In this document: piece after piece, positions 9,896 through 17,705 of the stretch | Numbering within the stretch: the stretch's first letter is position 1 | Layout: every line of letters begins with the position of its first letter | NCBI GenBank assembly: GCA_050293845.1 | Contig: JBNKNM010000087.1 | Span: 1 to 20,752 of the forward strand | DNA: 20,752 bases | Direction of reading: 5' to 3' | From: Pseudobacteriovorax sp. | GTDB taxonomy: Bacteria; Bdellovibrionota_B; Oligoflexia; Oligoflexales; Oligoflexaceae | Notes under the pieces: generated by a model | Told to the model about the DNA's origin: nothing | What the model saw: only the letters and a program-made list of their open reading frames with translations | Database searches by the model: none | Program-made: the position numbers and the translations under genes

Positions 9896-10247
9896 CGAAA
9901 AGAAAGGCTACTTCTTACTTGCTATCTTAATACTTTGTACTTTGTATAACCTCCTGAGTTTTTATCTCACAATGAGGAGTGAAATAAACAATTTAGGGTT
10001 TATGGAAGCAGTTCGTAGTTCCAATGGATGGGAGTTCCCTCCTTTTTATCCAGGGATGTGGGTTTTTTGGAATGTACTTGGTCTGATTTTTTATGCATTT
10101 TCGAACGGTTATTGGTCTGAATTTAGCCTAGCTTCAATAAACCCTTGGTTCCCACCTATTTTGTTTATGATAGGCTCTGCTATCCAAAACTATCTTTTAG
10201 GCCATGCAGTTCTTAAAATTAAAGGAAAATTCGCTAGGAACCGCTAA
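9873..10247 (+). CDS. Integral membrane protein, putative immunity protein
   Basis: AGGAGG RBS at 9858-9863 before ATG 9873, in frame with ORF 9738. Overlaps the toxin 3' end. About three hydrophobic helices. Confidence 0.65.
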   Translation: MATTSLNSEKKGYFLLAILILCTLYNLLSFYLTMRSEINNLGFMEAVRSSNGWEFPPFYPGMWVFWNVLGLIFYAFSNGYWSEFSLASINPWFPPILFMIGSAIQNYLLGHAVLKIKGKFARNR

Positions 10248-10399
10248 TCTTGAAAAACCTTTTCCGGAAAATAAGCCTAAATAATTAGCGCTTTCACGAT
10301 GTTTCCAAGGTTATTCGTATCAAACTCTCATATCGAAAACAAAAGACTCTAATTGTACACCGTTAGGATGTAGCAGCTTTCTTCTCCGCAAACCACAAA

Positions 10400-10630
10400 C
10401 GAACCAAAATCGGTACAAATCAGTACCAAACCATACAAAATGAACGAAATCTCAAGGCAGATTAAAAGCCAATTACTCTAATAAATACAAAATGATACCA
10501 CTCAATACCAAAAGCCAAAACCACGACTTCCCATGGCGGCATGGGCGGTATGATGTAATTTTACATCAATTATTTCCATAGCTTATAAAGCTGATTCGAG
10601 CCGGTCTTTGGCCGGCTTCTCTTTTTCCTT
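10400..10630 (+). repeat. att-like junction R1 (divergent arm); groEL-tail core at 10535-10558
   Basis: GGCGGCATGGGCGGTATGATGTAA core, TAATAAATACAAA box, TGATGTAA/TTACATCA palindrome and downstream hairpin, all shared with R2-R4. Confidence 0.85.
10599..10626 (+). terminator. Rho-independent terminator
   Basis: AGCCGGTC-TTT-GGCCGGCT hairpin followed by a T-rich tract. Confidence 0.75.
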
Positions 10631-10698
10631 CTCACTTGCGCATCTCGCCATAAAAAAATTACTGTAATATAATTAGTTTATTATATCTCAACTATTGA

Positions 10699-10734
10699 TA
10701 TATTTATCATAATTCAGATAAAGTGATAAATATA
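10699..10734. promoter_or_regulatory. Inverted repeat, putative AbiEi operator
   Basis: Perfect 11-bp IR, TATATTTATCA-N14-TGATAAATATA, upstream of abiEi. Confidence 0.5.
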
Positions 10735-10772
10735 CTAATGATGGATTTAACATTTTTAGAAAATAGTGATAA

Positions 10773-11366
10773 ATGTACCAATCTCAATCCAACAAGTATC
10801 TTGACCTACTTCTGCCTCTAGGACTGTTCAGACTTTCCCAAGCAAAGGAACTAGGTGTACCTCAAAGCTCTCTATCATGGCTTGTCAGTAAAGGTGAAAT
10901 AGTAAAAATAGGCTCCGATGCTTATCATCATAAAGATATCGATATAGATCCTGAAGATGAGGACTTTGCAGTTGCATGTCTAATTTTTGGTAATAAAGCA
11001 ACTATTGGAGGTGCCTCAGCTCTGTTCTTCTATAACCTTATCGAGCAAATACCAAATCAGATTTGGGTTCTAGTGCCCCCCAATACAACCACCCACAACA
11101 AAATGTTTAAACTAATCCGAACAAAAACATCTTTAGAAGTAGGAATAGATACTCATGAATGGTTTCGGATAACTTCTATCGAAAGAACAATTGTTGAGGC
11201 TTTTCGATTTCAGACAAAGCTCGGTGGAATTGAGATGGCTCTCAAAGCTGCTCGAATCGCCATTAAGGAGAAACAAGTCACTTCCAAAGGGCTTCTTGAC
11301 GCTGCTAAAGAGCTAAATTGGAGCAAACAGTTTTTAAACTACTGGGAGGCAATTACCATTGCTTGA
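10773..11366 (+). CDS. abiEi: Type IV toxin-antitoxin antitoxin, AbiEi family
   Basis: N-terminal wHTH (LSWLVSKGEIVKIG), SALFFYNL and RITSIERTIVEAFR. Confidence 0.85.
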   Translation: MYQSQSNKYLDLLLPLGLFRLSQAKELGVPQSSLSWLVSKGEIVKIGSDAYHHKDIDIDPEDEDFAVACLIFGNKATIGGASALFFYNLIEQIPNQIWVLVPPNTTTHNKMFKLIRTKTSLEVGIDTHEWFRITSIERTIVEAFRFQTKLGGIEMALKAARIAIKEKQVTSKGLLDAAKELNWSKQFLNYWEAITIA

Positions 11367-12180
11367 CAAAAATAAAGTCAAATCAATCATGGATCGATTG
11401 AAGAATATAGCAAAGGAATCAAAAACTCCATTCCAAGCGGTCGCAACTGACTTTCTTATAGAGCGCATAGTATTTAGATTGGCTACTGACCCTAATCTTA
11501 AAAATCACCTTATCTTTAAAGGTGGATATGTAGGACTTAGATGCTATAAATCTCCACGCTACACTGTAGACTTAGACGCAATTGCCCATAGGAAAGACAT
11601 TAAATCAGTCGTTGAGACGGCAAAACAGGCAATGACCACAGATTTAGGTGATCAAGTTTGGTTCGAGTTGGAAAAAACAATCGACTTAGAAACTCAGAAC
11701 GAGTACGGAGGCGTTTGTTTGCAATATCGAGCAGGAATAGGTGAAAAACCTAGAAATATAAAGAAGTCTCAAGTCCTAAAAATTGATATCGGTATTGGAG
11801 ATCCCGTAACTCCAGGCCCTCTTATCAAAGAAATCGAAGAAAAACTTGGAGAACAATCCATCACTTGGCAAGTCTATAATATCGAGACGATTATAGCTGA
11901 AAAACTACATTGCCTTGTCGCAAGATCTTCTGACAATTCAAGATCTAAAGACATTTTCGACCTAGCCTTTTATTTACCTCAATGCAACAAAGACCACCTT
12001 TTTGAAGCATTAAAGGAAACATTTGAATATAGAGGGGATTCACTACCAACTTCAATAGGTAATGCAATTTCTGAAGTGAACCAGGACACTTTGAAAAGAG
12101 GGTGGAAAGCAGCAACCGGACTTCTAAAGTTTCCTCCAGATTTTGATGAATGCTTTATGGCTAGAGAACTGGTTTGCTGA
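11359..12180 (+). CDS. abiEii: AbiEii/AbiGii nucleotidyltransferase toxin
   Basis: IFKGG, RYTVDLD, AEKLH and SRSKDIFDL motifs. Overlaps abiEi. Confidence 0.88.
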   Translation: MLDKNKVKSIMDRLKNIAKESKTPFQAVATDFLIERIVFRLATDPNLKNHLIFKGGYVGLRCYKSPRYTVDLDAIAHRKDIKSVVETAKQAMTTDLGDQVWFELEKTIDLETQNEYGGVCLQYRAGIGEKPRNIKKSQVLKIDIGIGDPVTPGPLIKEIEEKLGEQSITWQVYNIETIIAEKLHCLVARSSDNSRSKDIFDLAFYLPQCNKDHLFEALKETFEYRGDSLPTSIGNAISEVNQDTLKRGWKAATGLLKFPPDFDECFMARELVC

Positions 12181-12252
12181 AAATGAACAAAAAAACTGAA
12201 TTTAACAAAGCCACTCAATATCTACTATTGAGTACCTTCGTTAAATTATGAT

Positions 12253-12500
12253 CGGTCAAGAATCGGGCAAAGAAATCGTACATTGCCATATTAATTGATA
12301 TCAAAACTAGAGCGATACCTCAGTGTTGATAGCGAAATTAATCCAATAAATACAGATAGATATAGAATCAAGCAAAAGCCTAACTACACCGCCCAAGAAA
12401 GGCGGCATGGGCGGTATGATGTAATTTTTACATCAATCATTCTCATAGCTTACATTGTTTAATACTAGCCGGTCTTTGACCGGCTTTTCTTTTTCCTTCC
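12253..12500 (+). repeat. att-like junction R2; groEL-tail core at 12401-12424
   Basis: Arm CGGTCAAGAATCGGGCAAAGAAATCGTAC starts 148 bp before the core. Palindrome and terminator follow the core. Confidence 0.92.
12467..12494 (+). terminator. Rho-independent terminator
   Basis: AGCCGGTC-TTT-GACCGGCT followed by TTTCTTTTT. Confidence 0.8.
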
Positions 12501-12652
12501 CTTTAAAACAACTTAAATAGCAAATTAAACTATGTCAAAAGCAACTCATGAGTTGTCTTAAAACTCGTTGCTGGTACCTATCATGTTATTTACTACCCTC
12601 ACCATCAACCTTTGAGGGTCATTGATTACAATTAGTTTAATTTTCCTTAAAA

Positions 12653-12739
12653 ATCGGAACCTATAGTACCGATATTTAGGTTGAATTAAACCGACACTAG
12701 GTTTAAAATGGAGTAAAAATCAGAACTATAAGGTCCGAA
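12653..12739. promoter_or_regulatory. Two related imperfect palindromes, putative AbiEi operators
   Basis: ATCGGAACCTATAGTACCGAT (12653-12673) and ATCAGAACTATAAGGTCCGAA (12719-12739) lie directly upstream of abiEi. Confidence 0.55.
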
Positions 12740-12742
12740 TTT

Positions 12743-13507
12743 TTGTCTAAATTAAACCAAGCATTGAGTAACTGGAATAAAGGGGAACTCCACTCCCTCC
12801 AATGGCTATCAAAATTTGGAGTCAGTCCAAGGGCAGCCAACAAGTACTTTGCTAGTGGCTCGCTAAAGAAAATTGCACCAGGAATTTTTGCTCGGCCTAA
12901 TGACCAAATTACTTGGCAAGGCATCGTCAGCGTCTTGCAAAATGATTTATCGATGCCCGTTCATATTGCGGGAAAATCAGCATTAGAACTACACGGTGAA
13001 GGTCACTACATTCCATTAGGTGACCCTATTATTAACGTCATCAGTCGTAATAAAGCTCAAGTCCCATCATGGGCATTATCGGGAGCTTTTCATGGCGAGC
13101 TCAAGGTTAAGCAATCCAGCATGATTTCATCCGAACCAGAATTAGTCTTCTACGACCGAGACGGGATCAAAATCTATATTTCATCAAGAGAACAGGCGAT
13201 ATTAGAGTTGATTGACTCCTTAGATCTTTCAGAAACCTTTGAGACAGCTGAGAACTATATGCAGGGATTGCTAACGTTGAGACCAGACAAGGTTCAATAT
13301 CTATTAGAACACTGCAAATCTATCAAAGTAAAAAGAGTGTTCCTCTTCTTAGCAAAACATCTAGAACTCCCATTTCTTAAAAAAATTGATTTAGAAAAGA
13401 TCCAGTTGGGGTCAGGAAAACGTGTTGTAACTAAGAACGGAAGATTAGATAACAACTTCAATATTACTGTTCCTACAACATATTTTGAGGAATCAAATGA
13501 TTTCTGA
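12743..13507 (+). CDS. abiEi: Type IV TA antitoxin, AbiEi (AbiEi_3-type)
   Basis: SALELHG, MQGLLTLRP..VQYLLEHCKSIKVKRVFL and LGSGKR motifs. Confidence 0.85.
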   Translation: MSKLNQALSNWNKGELHSLQWLSKFGVSPRAANKYFASGSLKKIAPGIFARPNDQITWQGIVSVLQNDLSMPVHIAGKSALELHGEGHYIPLGDPIINVISRNKAQVPSWALSGAFHGELKVKQSSMISSEPELVFYDRDGIKIYISSREQAILELIDSLDLSETFETAENYMQGLLTLRPDKVQYLLEHCKSIKVKRVFLFLAKHLELPFLKKIDLEKIQLGSGKRVVTKNGRLDNNFNITVPTTYFEESNDF

Positions 13508-14412
13508 GGACTACAAAAAGCAGCTCAGTCTTGTGCTAGATGCATTTACCGATTGTCGCACAGCAGGATTGTTTCGCCTTAAAAGGTGGTACAGCGCTTA
13601 ATTTATTTTATTCTGAATTACCTAGGTTATCTGTCGACATCGACCTATGCTACGTTTCCGTGAAAGACCGAAATGAAAGCTATACTGAGATACATAATAG
13701 CCTAGAAAAAATTTCTGATGATTTATCGAAAAGATTAGGATGCCATGTAACTCCAACTAAGCCACTCCATACTTTCAACGAAACTAGGCTTATCGTTGAA
13801 CGAGATCATGTCAAAATAAAAATTGAACCCAACTATATTATTCGGGGAACAGTATACCCAACGGAAAACAGAACGACGTCAAACAAAGTTGAAGATACTT
13901 TCCAAAAATCTGCAGAAATAAGCTGCCTTTCCATCGAAGACCTTTGGGGAGGAAAGTTTTGTGCAGCTTTAGACCGTCAACATCCTCGCGATTTGTTTGA
14001 TGTCCATCAATTCTTTGAAAATTGCGATTTTAACAATCAAGTGAAAACAGCATTCATCTTTTACTTAATGTCGCATAATCGACCAATCGAGGAGATCTTA
14101 GCACCTAATCCAAAAGATATCTCGGATGTATTTCAATCCGAATTTAAGGGAATGAGTAACATCGAACTAGACTGTAATGTACTCTATCAAAGACTATGGG
14201 ATCTAAAAGCGCTGATTCTTGAATCATTGAGCAATACTGATAAAGAGTTCTTGATATCGATCTATACTCAAGAGCCCAAATGGTCTCTTTATGAGTACGG
14301 AGGTGCGAAAGTTCATCCCTCAATCAAGTGGAAGCTTTATAATATATCCAAGATGAACACTAAGAAAACTGCAGACTGCCGAAAAAAATTAGAAAAACTA
14401 TTAACTAGCTGA
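13497..14412 (+). CDS. abiEii: AbiEii nucleotidyltransferase toxin; +1 frameshift near the N-terminus (in-frame ORF 13540..14412)
   Basis: FALKGGTALNLF, RLSVDIDL and GKFCAALDRQHPRDLFD. The natural N-terminus MISEDYKKQLSLVLDA starts at ATG 13497 (GAGG RBS) in a different frame. Confidence 0.85.
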
Positions 14413-14416
14413 ACAA

Positions 14417-14660
14417 CGGACAAAAATCGGGCAAAGAAATCGTACAAAGCCATGCAAAATGATACCAAACCAAGGTGGATAGGCCCAGTTTCGTCCAGAA
14501 TTTAGTCTAATAAATACAAACAGATACCACCAAATACTAAACCGACCCTACACCGCCCAAGAAAGGCGGCATGGGCGGTATGATGTAATTTTTACATCAA
14601 TTATTCCAGTAGCTTACATCACTGAATACGAGCCGGTCTTTGACCGGCTTTTTCTTTTCC
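14417..14660 (+). repeat. att-like junction R3; groEL-tail core at 14565-14588
   Basis: Arm CGGACAAAAATCGGGCAAAGAAATCGTAC starts 148 bp before the core. Confidence 0.92.
14631..14658 (+). terminator. Rho-independent terminator
   Basis: AGCCGGTC-TTT-GACCGGCT followed by a T tract. Confidence 0.8.
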
Positions 14661-14750
14661 CAAAAATAATCACATATTTCTAGCACTTTAGCTATGATCT
14701 GACATGCTTATCGTTGTAAGCTCTTAAGGAATTTCCTCGACCCTCCGATA

Positions 14751-14784
14751 TACCTTGATAAGGTACACCTCTATGAGGTATAGT
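14751..14784 (+). promoter_or_regulatory. higBA promoter with two overlapping operator palindromes
   Basis: TTGATA(14755)-N18-TATAGT(14779). IRs TACCTT-GAT-AAGGTA and ACCTC-TAT-GAGGT overlap it. Confidence 0.65.
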
Positions 14785-14816
14785 CTGAATCTGGATAGCC
14801 CAAGGATGGAGCGATA

Positions 14817-15104
14817 ATGATTCAGAGTTTCGCCTGCAAAGACACTGAAAGCTTCTATAAATCTGGAAGACTACCTAAGAAAGTTGGGTGGCAAGCAGTT
14901 AAAAAAGTTGCGGCTAGAAAATTAGATATGATAGATGCGGCGGCTTTACTCACTGACTTGAAGGTTCCACCCAACAATAAACTAGAAGCATTAAAGGGCG
15001 ATTTGAAAGGCTACCGTTGTATAAGGATTAATGATCAGTGGCGCATTGTTTTCAAGTGGATCAATAATGGAGCTTATGAAGTTAAAATCTGTGACTATCA
15101 CTAA
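14817..15104 (+). CDS. higB: HigB (RelE/ParE family) toxin
   Basis: MIQSF, DLKVPPNNKLEALKGD, IRINDQWRIVFKW and DYH. Toxin-first gene order. Confidence 0.93.
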   Translation: MIQSFACKDTESFYKSGRLPKKVGWQAVKKVAARKLDMIDAAALLTDLKVPPNNKLEALKGDLKGYRCIRINDQWRIVFKWINNGAYEVKICDYH

Positions 15105-15115
15105 GGAGATTTCCA

Positions 15116-15409
15116 ATGGCTAGAAAACCTACATTACCCGGCGAAATTCTTCTCGAAGAGTTCTTGGAACCTATGCAGATTTCTCAGGCTGCTCTCGCTA
15201 AGCATATTGAGGTGGACTACAAGGTTATTAATAGAATTGTAAATGGTCACTCTAGTCTAACCCCTGACATTGCACTTCGACTCAGTAAAGTTCTGGGAAC
15301 TACTTCTGAGTTCTGGCTTAACTTGCAGCAGAAGGTTGATATTTTTGAAGCCCAAGAAAAGCTAAAAGGAGTCAAATTAAAGCCTCTGCAGAAAATTGCT
15401 TCGCTTTAA
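15116..15409 (+). CDS. higA: HigA (VapI-type Xre-HTH) antitoxin
   Basis: PGEILLEEFLEPM.ISQAALA and ALRLSKVLGTTSEFWLNLQ. Confidence 0.93.
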   Translation: MARKPTLPGEILLEEFLEPMQISQAALAKHIEVDYKVINRIVNGHSSLTPDIALRLSKVLGTTSEFWLNLQQKVDIFEAQEKLKGVKLKPLQKIASL

Positions 15410-15415
15410 AACTGT

Positions 15416-15645
15416 CGGGCAAAAATCGGACAAAGAATTCGTACCTACCCATGCAAATCGATAACAAAACTCGCCCAAAGCGAGTTATTTTACGTTTAAT
15501 TTAGTCTAATTAATACCAATAGATACTTCTAAAAACAAAACCCAACCTACACCGTCCAAGAAAGGCGGTATGGTGTAATTTTTACATCAATTATTCCCAT
15601 ATGTTATAAGATAATCCACAAGCCGGTCTTTGACCGGTTTTTTTT
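15416..15645 (+). repeat. att-like junction R4 with shortened core (15564-15578)
   Basis: Arm starts 148 bp before the core. The core GGCGGTATGGTGTAA lacks 9 bp and has one A>G change. Confidence 0.88.
15621..15645 (+). terminator. Rho-independent terminator
   Basis: AGCCGGTC-TTT-GACCGGTT followed by a run of Ts. Confidence 0.8.
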
Positions 15646-15979
15646 AAAGTCAGTTCGAGATCAATCCACCAAAGCGCTGGCATGTACTTTACTACACGGT
15701 CTTACCCAATTTTACCTCATCTGAGCTTTAATCTTCTCATCAAATCCCTCTCTTTTTGAAAATTTTAAGGCACTAATCTTAAAAAGGAGTAAATTTATTA
15801 TTTATTATTTTCAGTATGTTACTGAATAATTTCTTCTATTAATTTACTATTTAATGTATATTTATAATATGTAAATTATCTAAAAGTAGTGAATTATTGA
15901 CAAAAAAACCCAAAAACGCCTCAGCAACTTAGAAGCACAAACAGGACTCAAACTAACGCTAGAAAATGAGCAGGTCCTG

Positions 15980-16894
15980 GTGCACCAAAATATTCGATTT
16001 GATGCTCAACTCATACTTAAAGTCGGTAACCTAGAGCTACCCCTTTGGATGGATATTGCTCAAGAAAACATCACGGATTCAATCAAGAAAGCCACACTTT
16101 TTACCAATATGCTAATAGTAGGGAAGCTAAAGAAAGAGTCTCGAACAAAACTGGAAAAGCTCAACATTTCTTATATCACTGACACCGGAGAGTATTTCCT
16201 TCCAATTACACTCACCAATGTAGGAAATAAAGACTCATCAAAGGTCAAACCGACTCCAAAACAGGAGGTCAATTCAACCTTTTCCTCTTCATTAGGAATG
16301 ACCAAATTAATATTTGCTCTGCTATCATTACCTGAAACCCATAGGATGACACAGAAGCAAATAGCAAACATCACAGGTCTGTCAACTGCAATTGTAAACA
16401 GATATATTAGACAACTAGAAAGACTATCCTACTTGATCAAAGAGCGATCAAGAATTAGACTGAGAAAATTAGATAGATTAATAGACCAATGGGTTTTTGA
16501 ATTCGAAAAGTTTATTGCACCTACCTTAGACTCAAAGAGATGGAGATCACAACATCCGGAAATCCTAAAAGATATAAGAAATACATCTTATAAACTCGAG
16601 AATGGATATTGGAGTGGGACCAAAGCAGCAGATGTACTCCTACACTCTGAACTCCCTTCCGACTTTACAATATATTCCGCAAACCTCCCCAAACTAATTC
16701 GAGAACTGAGGCTAACACCTGACCCTAAAGGTAGTATTTCAACAAGAAACCAATTCTGGGATTTCAATTGGGAGCAAAAGGAAAATAAAGTGGTTCCCCT
16801 ACCATTAATATTTTCAGACCTAATCAATAGTAATGATCCCAGGGATTCAAAGGTTGCGGAAAAAATAAGGCGTATGATTCATGACACAATTTAA
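15980..16894 (+). CDS. Type IV TA antitoxin, AbiEi_2-like with MarR-type HTH (true start may be near 15893)
   Basis: TQKQIANITGLSTAIVNRYIRQL HTH, YWSGTKAA and VPLPLIFSDLINSNDPR. The frame is open upstream to 15893. Confidence 0.78.
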   Translation: MHQNIRFDAQLILKVGNLELPLWMDIAQENITDSIKKATLFTNMLIVGKLKKESRTKLEKLNISYITDTGEYFLPITLTNVGNKDSSKVKPTPKQEVNSTFSSSLGMTKLIFALLSLPETHRMTQKQIANITGLSTAIVNRYIRQLERLSYLIKERSRIRLRKLDRLIDQWVFEFEKFIAPTLDSKRWRSQHPEILKDIRNTSYKLENGYWSGTKAADVLLHSELPSDFTIYSANLPKLIRELRLTPDPKGSISTRNQFWDFNWEQKENKVVPLPLIFSDLINSNDPRDSKVAEKIRRMIHDTI

Positions 16895-17690
16895 GCTGCA
16901 ACTGCAAGGCGAAACGGAACATGCAGTACTAGAACTAGCTAAAGCCGCCAAAAGCAAGAATATAAATTTCTTTCTTATTGGAGCTACTGCAAGAGATGCA
17001 ATTCTAATGGCATGGGGACTTCCTCCATCTAGAGCGACGCGAAATGTTGATTTTGCAGCACTGATCCCAAATTGGAATGAATTTGAAAATCTTAGGACTG
17101 ATTTAGTTCAACGAGGCTTTAATTTAACCAGAAATCAACATAGATTCATCAAAAAAGGCACAATTATTGACATAATTCCTTTTGGAGATATAGAGCAACC
17201 AGAAGGACAAATAACTTGGCCCGAAAGCTCAGCCGTTATGAACACAACTGGTTTTAGTGAAGCTTACGAATCGACACATGCATTTCTATTGGGAAATGAG
17301 CAAGTCATACGAGTTGCCAATTTTTGTGCCCTAAGCCTCTTAAAAATAATTTCATGGAGCGACCGCCCTATGGAAAGGGCTCAAGATGCAAAAAATTTAC
17401 TCCATATCATTAGAAACTATTTGGATGCTGGAAACTTTGATAGATTTTACGAACAACATGGTGACCTGACCGATATAGAACCCTTCACAATTCCAAGTGC
17501 CGGAGCAGCCTTACTTGGTAGGGACCTGAAAATGCTTTGTAGAGAACAATCACTGAACCAGATAAAAAATATTTTGAAAACTGAATTGTCTAACCCTTCA
17601 TCACTGCTAATATCACAAATGTTACAAGGGGAGTCTAACAGTCCTGAAGAAATCTATGCCATCCTCGAACGACTTAATACTGAACTTTAA
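16881..17690 (+). CDS. AbiEii-like nucleotidyltransferase toxin; catalytic Asp residues appear replaced by Asn
   Basis: LIGATARD, RATRNVDF, IDIIPFG, LLKIISW and AQDAKNL. Overlaps the antitoxin gene. Confidence 0.8.
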   Translation: MTQFKLQLQGETEHAVLELAKAAKSKNINFFLIGATARDAILMAWGLPPSRATRNVDFAALIPNWNEFENLRTDLVQRGFNLTRNQHRFIKKGTIIDIIPFGDIEQPEGQITWPESSAVMNTTGFSEAYESTHAFLLGNEQVIRVANFCALSLLKIISWSDRPMERAQDAKNLLHIIRNYLDAGNFDRFYEQHGDLTDIEPFTIPSAGAALLGRDLKMLCREQSLNQIKNILKTELSNPSSLLISQMLQGESNSPEEIYAILERLNTEL

Positions 17691-17705
17691 ACTCTAAAGA
17701 TCAAC

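Larger units (their letters stand above)
10559..12424 (+). mobile_element. Cassette A: integrase-less groEL-site islet carrying AbiEi/AbiEii
   Basis: Bounded by direct-repeat groEL-tail cores 1866 bp apart. Confidence 0.75.
12425..14588 (+). mobile_element. Cassette B: integrase-less islet carrying a second AbiEi/AbiEii pair
   Basis: Cores are 2164 bp apart. The toxin stop (14412) is 5 bp from the arm (14417). Confidence 0.75.
14589..15578 (+). mobile_element. Cassette C: integrase-less islet carrying higBA
   Basis: Core starts are 999 bp apart. The higA stop (15409) is 7 bp from the arm (15416). Confidence 0.75.

Noticed and set aside
10535..10558. An actual groEL gene in the window
   Set aside because: Only the last seven codons and the stop are present; no GroEL ORF precedes any copy.
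12150..12200. Possible C-terminal frameshift in cassette A abiEii (alternative frame WLENWFAENEQKN)
   Set aside because: Plausible but unsupported without a homologue alignment; all catalytic motifs lie upstream.
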